NCBI GenBank assembly: GCA_950097015.1
Contig: CATNEN010000038.1
Span: 24,118,001 to 24,182,000 of the forward strand
Origin: Macrostomum hystrix
Taxonomy: Eukaryota; Animalia; Platyhelminthes
DNA length: 64,000 bases
Direction: 5' to 3'
The position numbers were made by a program, and so were the translations under genes. The notes under the pieces were generated by a model. That model was not told where the DNA came from, searched no databases, and saw nothing but the letters and a program-made list of their open reading frames with translations. Below, piece after piece: positions 29,659 through 42,617 of the stretch. Numbering within the stretch: the stretch's first letter is position 1; the number at the start of each line of letters is the position of its first letter.

Positions 29659-30331
29659 GGGACGGAATCAGAATCGAAGCGGATTTTGTGAATGTCCAAA
29701 CAGAATGCACTGCGCTTCAGAGGAATATAAAGTTAACAGAGGATAAATAGAGGATAGATAACCGAAGCAATGTGTAGGTCAAGTTGTATAGATTCGCTGT
29801 GTGCAAGAAAGTGATTAAGCTTATCTTGTCCGAAACCAAATCGGAATAATTGGAAGGCCGGCGTATCGCCTCCTTTTTGCGAGGGGAGGTGTGTAATGGC
29901 GTATAGGTCGATTTTGGTGCCTGATGGACTTAGGCCTCTGTAGGATAAGAATGGCAACTTTTCTGGCCTTGTTTTCCCTTAAGCGATAGGTTCCAAAGCC
30001 CAGGGGGGTGAAACATGAATTCCTTTAGTTTTGCCCCCGTGGGAACCCAGAAAAATAATAACGAGGATCAATCGCGAACCTGTGGATTGGCAATGAATGC
30101 CTGCTTATTACTGACTCGCTCAATTAGTGCAGGTGTGAATTAAGGGTTCTGTTAAAAACTCTAATTTGATATTCTCATTTCTTGAGAACTTATCATTCTA
30201 GTCCACACCTGAGAATGAAAATTTGCCTGTAAAATAATTTATCTTGATTGTATTACGGAATGCAATCGGCTTCCTAGAGTGAAGGCTAAGTGAACTGAAA
30301 AATTGTGCGCTTTTAAATATTTTCAGAATTT

Positions 30332-30504
30332 CAGCAGCATCAGCAGCAGCAGCAAAAACAACATCAGCAGCAGCACAAAAAACTACAACAACAACAGCAG
30401 CAGCAGCACTACAAACAACAACAACAGCAGCAGCAGCAGCAGCAGCAGCGCTACAAACAACAACAACAACAGCAGCAGCAGCAGCAGCACTACAAACAAC
30501 AACA

Positions 30505-30536
<32 letters not shown>

Positions 30537-30553
30537 GCTACAAACAACAACAA

Positions 30554-30585
<32 letters not shown>

Positions 30586-30598
30586 CTACAAACAACAA

Positions 30599-30629
<31 letters not shown>

Positions 30630-30646
30630 GCTACAAACAACAACAA

Positions 30647-30678
<32 letters not shown>

Positions 30679-30771
30679 CTACAAACAACAACAACAGCAG
30701 CAGCAGCAGCACTACAAACAACAACAACAGCAGCAGCAGCAGCAGCAGCGCTACAAACAACAACAGCAGCA

Positions 30772-30804
<33 letters not shown>

Positions 30805-30926
30805 GTAACACCAAAAACAACAACAACAGCAGCAGCAGCAGCAGCACTACAAACAACAACAGCAACAGCAGCAGCAGTGGCAGCAGCACTAAACACAACA
30901 GCAGCAGCAGCAGCAACAGCAGCAGT
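30332..30926. repeat. Compound (CAG)n/(CAA)n trinucleotide array with a higher-order CACTACAAA/CGCTACAAA spacer
   Basis: Seen directly; ends ~100 bp upstream of the ANKRD6 ATG. Confidence 0.95.
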
Positions 30927-31029
30927 AGATTCTAACATCAGTATGACCTATTAGCACTGGCATCAGCTATAACAGCATCAGCAGCATCAGCAAAGGTGGC
31001 AGAAGCTTTCTCGGCTGCCGCAGTCAGCA

Positions 31030-34000
31030 ATGCTTAGTCAAGCTGCAAAGCTTCGGTTAGCCTCAGGCCGCGGAGATGTCGGGCAGGTTGGCGAGCTAAT
31101 CAGAGCCAAAGTGCCGGTCACTCCGGATCAGGTGAGACTATCGGATTTATGAATTACCAATTTAAGATAGCTAAATAAAATTGAGTTTTCAAATGTAGCT
31201 TTAACCGAGACAGTTGCAAGTTGAAGATAGATTCGCTACTGTAGTTTAATTTGCCAGGTGAAAGTAGAATTTATTTCGCTCCAGTCCAGAGCCCATCTGA
31301 GGCTCTGTCCCTGCAGTGCTCAAATGATTTGGAGAATAGAGTACAATATGGTTAGCTGCTTTAGAGCCCAGCGAATTGCATGAGGCAGAGTCAAATTACC
31401 TGAAAATCAATTTCAAAAAAGGCCAATCTCGTGCCACCTCAAAGCCGCCGCTGAGCTAACTGCAGTTGCCAGGGGGGAGGGAGGCACGGAGGTGAGATGG
31501 GAGTCGGGCAGGTTTTTGGCCGCAGGGGGGATGTTTTTTGGGCGAGGCGAGGCTGAAAGGTGAGATGAAGCAGTAGGTTGAGGTAGGTCCGTACTGTAGC
31601 TGTCACATTTTAGTCGCCTATATATATTTCTTTCTCTTTATAGACTTTTCAAAGCTCAGACCCATTCTGCTGTATCGAGATTCTAGAATAGGTTATACTA
31701 ACTTATTTATCTTCTTTATTTTCTTCTAGAAGCTTTCCAAGAAAATTTATTTAAAGTTAAAAGACAACGATTTAAAATGTCCCGTCAAAAAAATTCTACT
31801 GTAAATGATAATGAAGATTTAGATTATCTCGTTGATAATCTAAGCTATGCAACTGTGACTAGATTGCCATGCTCATGTGTCACAATTACACTGGTGAGTT
31901 AAATATATTTGTCAATTATCAGTCAGTTATGAATCGGTCAATAAGGACAGATGTGAATCAGTCAATTATCACAGGTGTGAATCAGTCAATTATCACAGGT
32001 GTGAATCAGTCAATTATCACAGGTGTGAATCAGTCAATTATCACAGGTGTGAATCAGTCAATTATCACAGGTGTGAATCAGTCAATTATCACAGGTGTGA
32101 ATCAGTCAATTATCACAGGTGTGAATCAGTCAATTATCACAGGTGTGAATCAGTCAATTATCACAGGTGTGAATCAGTCAATTATCACAGGTGTGAATCA
32201 GTCAATTATCACAGGTGTGAATCAGTCAATTATCACACGCAAATGATGTTAATTATCATCGCCTTATCAACTAGGAGGGCCGATCAGCATTTCATCACGC
32301 GGCAGCTAGCGGTCACACTCAGATCGTGAAGATGATCCTCGACAATCAGTTGTCGCCGGTGAACCAAACCGACGGCAGCGGTAAGACAGCTCTACACCTG
32401 GCATCAGCGGGCGGGCACATGCAGTGCACCCAGGTGCTAATTAGCCTCGGCGCGGATGTCAATCACAGAGAGAGGCTAAATTTGAATTCGCCATTGCACG
32501 AGGCCGCTTACAATGGGTTCAGCATGACAGTGGACATTCTGTGTAGGGCAGGTGAGACTTATGCTCAAATTTCCTACAGGTAGTCATACCATGCATCACA
32601 TATCCAACAATGGCATCACTCTCCATTTCCTCGCTTAGGCAGCGATGCAAACGCCGCTAACCGTCAGCAGTCGACTCCGTTGCACCTGTGCGCCCAGGCG
32701 GGTCACAACCAATGCGCCAGGGTGCTACTCTGCGGCGGTTCGAATCCGGCTTTGCCGAACACCTACGGCGACTCGCCGTTGCACACCGCTTGCCGATATG
32801 GCCACGCCGGTGTTAGCAGGATCTTGCTCAGCGCTCACCCGCTGACGCCCGTTAACATGCGGAACAAGAACGGTGACACGGCACTCCACATTGGTGAGTT
32901 GATTTGACTTTCTGGTTGTCCTCTGTGTCTCAAAGTCATACAAAAATAAGTTGGTGAGAGACAACGCTTTTCAAGGTCAGATTATCTATGGCATGACTTT
33001 TCAAGGTCAGATTCTTTTATGGAATGACTTTTCAAGGTCAGATTCTTTTAGAAAACACTTTTTAAGGTCAGATTCTTTTAGAAACCCCTTTTCAAGGTCA
33101 GATTATCTATGGAATGACTTTTCAAGGTCAGATCATCTATGGAATCACTTTTCAAGGTCAGATTCATTTATGGAATGACTTTTCAAGGTCAGATTCTTTT
33201 AGAAAACTCTTTTCAAGGTCAGATTCTTTTAGAAACCCCTTTTCAAGGTCAGATTATCTATGGGATGACTTTTCAAGGTCTGATTCTTTTAGAAAACTCT
33301 TTTTAAGGTCAGATTCTTTTAGAAACCCCTTTTTTAAGGTCAGATTATCTATGGCATGACTTTTCAAGGTCAGATTCTTTTAGAAACCCCTTTTCAAGGT
33401 CAGATTATCCATGGAATGACTTTTCAAGGTCAGATCATCTATGGAATCACTTTTTAAGGTCAGATTCATTTATGGAATGACTTTTCAAGGTCAGATTCTT
33501 TTAGAAAACTCTTTTTAAGGTCAGATTCTTTTAGAAACCCCTTTTCAAGGTCAGATTATCTATGGCATGACTTTTCAAGGTCAGATTCTTTTAGAAACCC
33601 CTTTTCAAGGTCAGATTATCTATGGGATGACTTTTCAAGGTCAGATTCTTTTAGAAAACTCTTTTTAAGGTCAGATTCTTTTAGAAACCCCTTTTCAAGG
33701 TCAGATTATCTATGGCATGACTTTTCAAGGTCAGATTCTTTTAGAAACCCCTTTTCAAGGTCAGATTATCCATGGAATGACTTTTCAAGGTCAGATCATC
33801 TATGGAATCACTTTTCAAGGTCAGATTCATTTATGGAATGACTTTTCAAGGTCAGATTCATTTATGGAATGACTTTTCAAGGTCAGATTCTTTTAGAAAA
33901 CTCTTTTTAAGGTCAGATTCTTTTAGAAACCCCTTTTCAAGGTCAGATTATCTATTGGATGATTTTTCTAGGTCAGATTCCTTTAGAAACCACTTTTTAA

Positions 34001-34477
34001 AGGTCATATTCTTTTAGAAACTCCATTTTAAATGTCAGATTATCTATGGAGCCACTTTTCAATGTTAGATTGTCTATGGAACAATCCGACCTTGAAAGCA
34101 TTGCGCGTGGTCAGGTTTATGTAATGCAAATGCCAAACTTTTCTTTCCTGCAGCTGCCGCCCTCCGTCGCAAGAAAATCATCAAGCTGCTGCTGGAATGC
34201 GGCGCTGAGCTTCATCACAAGAATAATCAGGGCGAGACGCCAGTGGATGTCGCCAAACGCAAGGGTCACACCGACGTTGTCGATCTGCTGTGGCAGCCGG
34301 CCCCCCATCCGGGCATGCTGCTGTCGGCGGGGTCAATATCGACCCTGCCGAAAGCAACAACCGGCGTCGGTCACTACGCCGTCGCTGCAGTGGAAGCTAC
34401 TCAGCAAATTCCTTCTCTGCAGCAGCAGCAGCAGCAGCAGCAGCTTCACCATCATCACCAACAAAATTATCATCATA

Positions 34478-34523
<46 letters not shown>

Positions 34524-34634
34524 AGCAACGGCAGTGGCATCGATTTTAAAGACCCGTCAACCACCCCTACAGCAGATTAGTCAACAAGAAACTCAACATC
34601 AGCAGCAGCAGCAGCACTATCATTATCCGCCTTT

Positions 34635-34679
<45 letters not shown>

Positions 34680-34697
34680 CTATCATTATCCGCCTTT

Positions 34698-34742
<45 letters not shown>

Positions 34743-37700
34743 AAGATACGAGATCTCACCCGCTTCCAGCTCTGAGCACAAAGAAGGAACTCCGAAGTTG
34801 GAGGACATTGCTGCTCAACAGCAGCTTCTGCAGCACAAGAAGAAAAGAAAATTTTCGCTGTTTAAACTCTTCCGAAAGAAAAGTGAGTTTGCTTTGTGCA
34901 AACAAATTTTAAACCGGAGCACACTAAACAGGCTAAACAGTTTATGAGCGGAAATATTTCTCCATGGGTCAGCCTTTTTATGACACAGAAATCTAACATA
35001 TTGTGACCAATTTCAACAATATTTTAATTCCTCTGAGCACACTTACATTCTGAACAGCCTGTGACGTTGAGCACACCTTATTCTATGAGTACACATAGTA
35101 CTATAAGCACACCTAATACTATGAGTACATCTAATACTATGAGTACATCTAATACTATGAGTACATCTAATACTATGAGTACATCTAATACTATGAGTAC
35201 ATCTAATACTATGAGTACATCTAATACTATGAGTACATCTAATACTATGAGTACATCTAATACTATGAGAACACTTAATTCTATGAGCGCAACTAATACT
35301 ATGAGCACACCTAATACTATGAGCACACCTAATACTATGAGCACGCCTAATACTATGAGCACAACTAATACTATGAGCACACCTAATACTATGAGCACAC
35401 CTAATACTATGAGCACGCCTAATACTATGAGCACAACTAATACTATGAGCACACCTAATACTATGAGCACACCTAATACTATGAGCACACCTAATACTAT
35501 GAGCACACCTAATACTATGAGCACACCTAATACTATGAGCACACCTAATACTATGAGCACACTTAATACTATGAGCACACCTAATACAATGAGCACACCA
35601 AGACTATGAGCACACCGAGACTATGAGCACACCGAGACTATGAGCACACCGAGACTTTGAGCACACCGAGACTTTGAGCACACCGAGACTATGAGCACAC
35701 CGAGACTATGAGCAAACCGAGGCTATGAGCAAACCGAGGCTATGAGCACACCGAGACTATGAGCACACCGAGACTATGAGCACACCGAGACTATGAGCAC
35801 ACCGAGACTTTGAGCACACCGAGACTATGAGCACACCGAGACTATGAGCACACCGAGAAACGGAGTCAATTATTTGAAATTTCAGGTCGCGAGCGCCCAA
35901 TCGACTCGTCCGCGACCTACGCAAACGGCGGTCTCACCGACACAGGGCCGGAGTGCACAACAGAAGCCGCCCCTGTGCCAGCCGTGGCGGCTAGCTATCA
36001 TCAGCATCTGGGCAATGGCGGACAGCAGTTGCGCGCCCAGGTGACCAGCCAGTGCACCTGCCACGTGCGTGTCACCTCCTCGTCAGTCGCCGACCAATCG
36101 CGCATCTCGCACTGCATCCTGCACGGAAACAGAGAATGGCACGGCTTCGGCTCCGGGGCGTCGCCGGAGCAGAAGGCTCCGACTACGGCGACTGCAACAG
36201 CGTCAGGCGCTGTACCCGAGTCGCTAAGCTACCAACAGTTGTTCCCAATCAGCAATCCCTATCAGTGAGTAGCAACTGCTCAGAATCTGCCATTTTATCA
36301 AGATTTGAACTCAAGAACTCTTTGTACTCAACCCCATCGATTTCTCTGAGCAGCAGCAGTCCACTGACTGGCGGCGCCGCAGCCATCGACCAACCGAGGC
36401 TGTATCGAACGCGATCAGATGAGTCGCTCAGCATGTCCGAATTCAAAGTCAAGACTCAGAAAGAGAAGCTGCGGGCATATCACGACAGGCAGGAGACTTG
36501 GCGTGCGGCCGCGGCTGCTGGAGGTGGGCCGCAGACTGGCCGAAGAGGAGCATTCCAACAGTCGCCAGTGGCGCAGCCGGCGTTCGGTGAGTGACCGTCG
36601 GGATGCCGACACAGTTCTGTGCCAGTGAGGATGGGAATATTATCCTGTATCTGATAGTGGATTGTATTAAATCCAAGTTTTAGTACTCATATTTGAGTAG
36701 CCTAAAGTTGTGAGCTAATTTAGTATTTAATGCCAATCTTGTTTATTCTAAGTAGGATTTACGAGATTATCTAAATAAAATCCTGTAGGATTTCAACGAA
36801 ATTGTAATCATCATCTTGTTTATGATTATGGAAATCACTAATCTTCTAAATCCCAATCCTGTAGGATTTCACTAATCTTCTAAATCCCAATCCTGTAGGA
36901 TTTCACTAATCTTCTAAATCCTAATCCTGTAGGATTTCTCTAATCTTCTAAATCATAATACTGTAGGATTTGACTAATCTTCTAAATCATAATACTGTAG
37001 GATTTCACTAATCTTCTAAATCCCGATCCTGTAGGGTTTCACTAATCTTCTAAATCCCAATCCTGTAGGATTTCACAAATATTCTAAATCCCAATCCTGT
37101 AGGATTTCTCTAATCTTCTAAATCATAATACTGTAGGATTTCACTAATCTTCTAAATCATAATACTGTAGGATTTCACTAATCTTCTAAATCCCAATCCT
37201 GTAGGATTTCACTAATCTTCTAAATCCTAATCATGTAGGATTTCACTAATCTTCTAAATCATAATACTGTAGGATTTCACTAATCTTCTAAATCATAATA
37301 CTGTAGGATTTCACTAATCTTCTAAATCCCAATCCTGTAGGATTTCACTAATCTTCTAAATCCCAATCCTGTAGGATTTCACTAATCTTCTAAATCCCAA
37401 TCCTGTAGGATTTCACTAATCTTCTAAATCCCAATCCTGTAGGATTTCACTAATCTTCTAAATCCCTATCCTCTAGGATTTCAGTGATCTTCCTAAATCC
37501 CAAAAGGTTGGATTTCAGTGATTACCTGAATCCCAATCAGGGAAAATTGGGATTTCACTGAATTGGATAATGGATTTTACTGAATCTTTTTAATCACAAT
37601 TGTTGCTTAGCAGCTACTGTGCCAAAGCAGATTACCATATACATTGTTAAGGGTGTGTTGATCACTGTCAGTTTGTTATCACGGATCTAACGCAAAGATT

Positions 37701-40469
37701 TAGTTCGCCAACGTAATAAATCAGAAAGTTATATACAGAAACTAGAAGATAATCAGAAATCTTACCTTGATGCATCGCGTGTCAGGCACTATAGGCACAC
37801 CTAAAAGCTGTCATCAGCTTTTAGACCGAAATACTGCATCGGGGTCACAAAAGTTCACCGTCTTTTTCTTTGGAAAATAATTCATAGAATAGAAAGTTGT
37901 AGCTCGTAATAAAATGTTTTATTGCGTAGGTTAAATAAAATGAGATTTTTTAAATCAATTTTAGCCACAACTCCTTTTTTCCAGGGACATTCAGCACAAT
38001 TTAAACAAATCATGTTTCTAAATTAGCGACAAAAATGTTAAAATCTAGTTATATACTTCCTATCTAGATATTCTGTCCTAATTTACTAATTCAATCACTG
38101 TAGCCTTATATATACTATAAGTAAAATATTTCTAAAATATCACTTAAGTTTTCCTTTTCACTGAAAAAATATTAAAATACAATTTTTTTCATAAAAAATT
38201 TCTTGATTGTAGTTTCATTTTTTTGTTAATTTAAGTTTAATGACACGGTTATAAGCATCATTTGACAGCTGATGACACAGATCATTAGACAGCTGATGAC
38301 ACAGATTATTAGACAGCTGATGACACGGATCATTAAACAGCTGATGACACAGATCATTAGACAGCTGATGACACAGATCATTAGACAGCTGATGACACAG
38401 ATCAGTAGACAGCTGATGACACAGATCATTAGACAGCTGATGACACAGATCAGTAGACAGCTGATGACACAGATCATTAGACAGCTGATGACACAGATCA
38501 GTAGACAGCTGATGACACAGATCATTAGACAGCTGATGACACAGATCATTAGACAGCTGATGACACAGATCATTAGACAGCTGATGACACAGATCAGTAG
38601 ACAGCTGATGACACAGATCATTAGACAGCTGATGACACAGATCATTAGACAGCTGATGACACAGATCATTAGACAGCTGATGACACAGATCATTAGACAG
38701 CTGATGACACAGATCAGTAGACAGCTGATGACACAGATCAGTAGACAGCTGATGACACAAGTCAACAGGCAGCTGATGACACAGATCAGTAGACAGCTGA
38801 TGACACAGATCAGTAGACAGCTGATGACACAGATCATTAGACAGCTGATGACACAGATCAGTAGACAGCTGATGACACAGATCATTAGACAGCTGATGAC
38901 ACAGATCATTAGACAGCTGATGACACGGATCATTAGACAGCTGATGACACAAATCATTAGACAGCTGATGACACAGATCATTAGACAGCTGATGACACAG
39001 ATCATTAGACAGCTGATGACACAGATCAGTAGACAGCTGATGACACAGATCAGTAGACAGCTGATGACACAAGTCAACAGGCAGCTGATGACACAGATCA
39101 GTAGACAGCTGATGACACAGATCAGTAGACAGCTGATGACACAGATCATTAGACAGCTGATGACACAGATCAGTAGACAGCTGATGACACAGATCAGTAG
39201 ACAGCTGATGACACAGATCATTAGACAGCTGATGACACAGATCAGTAGACAGCTGATGACACAGATCATTAGACAGCTGATGACACAGATCATTAGACAG
39301 CTGATGACACAGATCATTAGACAGCTGATGACACAGATCATTAGACAGCTGATGACACAGATCATTAGACAGCTGATGACACAGATCAGTAGACAGCTGA
39401 TGACACAGATCAGTAGACAGCTGATGACACAGATCATTAGACAGCTGATGACACAGATCATTAGACAGCTGATGACACAGATCAGTAGACAGCTGATGAC
39501 ACAGATCAGTAGACAGCTGATGACACAAGTCAACAGGCAGCTGATGACACAGATCAGTAGACAGCTGATGACACAGATCAGTAGACAGCTGATGACACAG
39601 ATCATTAGACAGCTGATGACACAGATCATTAGACAGCTGATGACACAGATCATTAGACAGCTGATGACACAGATCAGTAGACAGCTGATGACACAAGTCA
39701 ACAGGCAGCTGATGACACAGATCAGTAGACAGCTGATGACACAGATCAGTAGACAGCTGATGACACAGATCAGTAGACAGCTGATGACACAGATCAGTAG
39801 ACAGCTGATGACACAAGTCAACAGGCAGCTGATGACACAGATCAGTAGACAGCTGATGACACAGGTCAACAGACAGCTGATGACACAGGTCAACAGACAG
39901 CTGATGAAACAGATCAATTCGAGGAAGTCGACAGTCACATTTTAGAATTTTTACGCAACTTTATCCACATTGAAGGTAAGCCGCCAGCAGCAGCAGCAGC
40001 AGCAGCATTGGTCTCGGGCCGACCTTCGGGCTTGACAGTGCAGCTCATGACCACTAAATCTCCGCTTCAATTCCGAGCCAGCCCAGATGGTGCCCAGTTC
40101 CAGCATCAGCACCAGCACGTGTTCCAGCATCAGCACCAGCATCTGGACGGGGATCCGTCTAGCTTGCCGGCACCCGTGCCACCCAGACGCTTCGAAGCAG
40201 GAGGCGTCAGTGGCGCGGGCAACTTTGGCGTCAAGTGGCTGCGCTCGGCGACTCCGGACAGCGAAGTTCGAGCTCGAAATCGCCAAGCCGCCGAGAAGCT
40301 GCAGCAGTTTCGCTCCGTCTATAATCGCGGCGGCGTCGGCGCATCGGCGAACGCTTCGGCGGCAACTTCGGGTGCGTCAGCTGCGACTGGCATCGCGGGA
40401 CAGAGTCCGCAGCTGCCGAGAAATTTGCAGACTAACAAGGCTGGCGCTCTGATGACAACTCATGTTTAA
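31030..40469 (+). CDS. ANKRD6: Diego/diversin (ANKRD6-like) ankyrin-repeat planar-cell-polarity protein, 7 exons, ~832 aa
   Basis: Exons 31030-31131, 32275-32551, 32639-32893, 34154-34882, 35886-36264, 36354(or 36351)-36586, 39946(or 39976)-40469. All are GT-AG with consistent phases (total 2499 nt). N-terminal ankyrin array includes GKTALHLAS, NSPLHEAAYNGFS, STPLHLCAQAGHNQCARVLL, GDSPLHTACRYGHAGVSRILLSA and GDTALHIAAALRRKKIIKLLLECGA, resembling ANKRD6/Diego repeat by repeat. Followed by polyQ/H low-complexity sequence and C-terminal TTHV. Ankyrin exons are secure; the 3' exons are less certain. Confidence 0.85.
31950..32237. repeat. 24-bp minisatellite GTGTGAATCAGTCAATTATCACAG x~12, ANKRD6 intron 1
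   Basis: Seen directly. Confidence 0.97.
32968..34050. repeat. ~30-bp minisatellite TTTTCAAGGTCAGATT(CTTTTAGAAACCCC/ATCTATGGAATGAC), ANKRD6 intron 3
   Basis: Seen directly. Confidence 0.96.
35065..35857. repeat. 18-bp minisatellite CTATGAGCACACCTAATA with polarised variants, ANKRD6 intron 4
   Basis: Seen directly. Confidence 0.96.
36835..37500. repeat. 34-bp minisatellite TGTAGGATTTCACTAATCTTCTAAATCCCAATCC, ANKRD6 intron 6
   Basis: Seen directly. Confidence 0.96.
38264..39917. repeat. 24-bp minisatellite GACAGCTGATGACACAGATCA(T/G)TA, ~69 units, ANKRD6 intron 6
   Basis: Seen directly; ends ~28 bp before the acceptor. Confidence 0.98.
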
Positions 40470-41350
40470 ATAGTCTACATTTTTAGCTCATTTAGTATTT
40501 AGGTACTCATTGGCTTGAGAGTTCAGAGAGTGTCCAGACAGACCTTAGCTGACGTGCAGTATACAAACTGTTTTGTTTGTGCATTCTTGCTTGATTTTTG
40601 TGTCTGGTAACACATCAAAAATAACATGTTAGCATTTTATGTAGTTTTTTCATCTGTAAATGAAGATGCGAATAAGGTTTTTTGTTTGATTTTTTGCAAC
40701 AATGTGATTGTTCTTAATTGTTTTTTATTTTTGTTTATTCAAATATTGAACAATACGAAAGTTTGATATTCAATATCTGAAAACATTTTTTGCTATTCAA
40801 TAAATTTTGATCACTGAGTAAATGAATTGTATTAAATTTTCTTATGACATCAAGCTAATGAACTCGTTAACTAACATTGATTTATTGGAAAATATATCGA
40901 GACTTAAAACAGACAAAAATAAATTAAAAAATTAATAAAAATTAAATTGGATTGTGACCAGATTTTTTTAAATTTGAATGTTTTACTACTATGAGTAGGA
41001 TATCGTTAGTATTTAATCAGTTTGTCTTTTAGACTTGAAAAAAAATCTTTTTTGTTTAAAAAAGTGTCGCGCATTTGCCCTTTTCCTTGAGACAAAACTT
41101 TACTACATTTTATTAGCCTAATGTATATAAAACCACGTAGCTCTAATATGATTTCTCAACTTCACAGCTGCTCTCGTATAGTTAAAAAAAGTTGTCAAGT
41201 AAAATTAACAAATAACACAGGATATCAATTCTTGACAAAAGAAATGTAACAATTAGTTGTTTTTCTACGCACCAACGGTAACAGCAGAAAACTTTGATGC
41301 TCAGCACTTGTCGAGGTTAAATTTCAAATGCTAAATTGTTGAAAAATATC

Positions 41351-41796
41351 TGTGCTGGGCGCGTTACTCGTTACTATTAACCAATTTATTAACGATCGTT
41401 ACTTTTTTGCAACGTTACTTTTTCGCATTACCACGGGCTGGTAACGAAAATGATGGTAACGAGTCGTTACAAACAGTGTGTGCATTTCCAGTTACCTGCA
41501 TTCATTAGCTAGCAGTTTCCGAAAAATCCGACTTAACGTCGGATCCTCATTTCCAGCCCGGTTTATAGGCTGACTGAGTCCTATATTTACACTGGCAAGA
41601 TAGACAATTCATGGAGAAAAATACGGATAAAACTGATTTTCAAAATTCTCGTGTCATTCGAAACCTGAATAATTTTTTGTGTTGATCGCGTTATTAAAAA
41701 AGTGATGGCAGTAACGATCATTACTGACCATTTAGTAACGAAAAAATAATGTAACGAAAAACAGTATCGGTCGTTACTTGTAATCGTTACTTTTTT
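41351..41796. mobile_element. Possible non-autonomous DNA-transposon (MITE-like) relic with clustered GTAACG/CGTTAC motifs in both orientations
   Basis: More than 10 GTAACG/CGTTAC hexamers in two clusters (41362-41470, 41711-41790); no clean TIR or TSD identified. Confidence 0.35.
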
Positions 41797-42617
41797 CTTT
41801 TTACACTTTTACAAAATTTGGTCGGGCTTTTGCACGTTCTCTGGTGAATATATACCATGGCCGAAATGTAAGTACGAAGAGAAGGTGTTTGCAAAATTTA
41901 ATTAAACTCAAAGTGTGGGTTTGTGACAAATAAGTGTGTTCTATCAGCAGCAATAAATAAGAATTCTAATTTAATCCGCTATATTTCAGAGCTCACTTCT
42001 TAAGGACTTTGAAACCAAGCTTTGGTCGAATGTCGACTCTTCTCTCGCTCGCCATTTTTATTTTCAGATTATTTCTCTCGCATTTTCGCCGTTTGTAATC
42101 GTCATTCTGTGCAAACAATGTGCAACTGGCTGCAAACTCTAATTATTCCTCCTTTCTTTTTTATTTTCAACTGCTAAAACAGAATTGTGAAGAGATGGAT
42201 AGATGTCGAACTATAGAAAAGATAAGATATTTTCTAGCCTTCAATATCTCTTCGCCGGACCCATTGCACAGAGACACCTACAATACAAACACAGACAGAG
42301 TCCTGAAGAAGACGAGAAGAAAGAGAAGACAGCAATATAGAAACCAAGCTATATTAGGGAGGGCATTAAATTAAGAAAAGCTACTCAAGCAGGTGAAGAC
42401 TGAGGCCACAATTGAGCACTCAGTTGTGGGCACTTTGATATAGTTAGTTAAAATAAAAACGGAGAGACAGAGACAAACAGTTAGCTTCACTTTGGCAGCT
42501 AACAGGAAAAACACGTCATAATAATATTTAGTATAGTAAGTAAATAGCTTTTCCTAGAAAATCAGCTCACGGAGTGACTGATAGTTCTAGGGTTAAATCA
42601 AATTATAACAAAAAAGC

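Noticed and set aside
28618-29710. Repetitive ORFs in three minus-strand frames
   Set aside because: 24-bp array; simultaneous openness of frames is compositional.
37801-37824. Perfect 10-bp hairpin CTAAAAGCTG-TCAT-CAGCTTTTAG
   Set aside because: Isolated intronic palindrome; possibly a transposon remnant, but no supporting ends or ORF.
38215-39945. Three >500-aa ORFs (CHQLSTDL, LICVISCL, QLMTQIIR repeats)
   Set aside because: Intronic 24-bp array open on both strands; no unique coding sequence.
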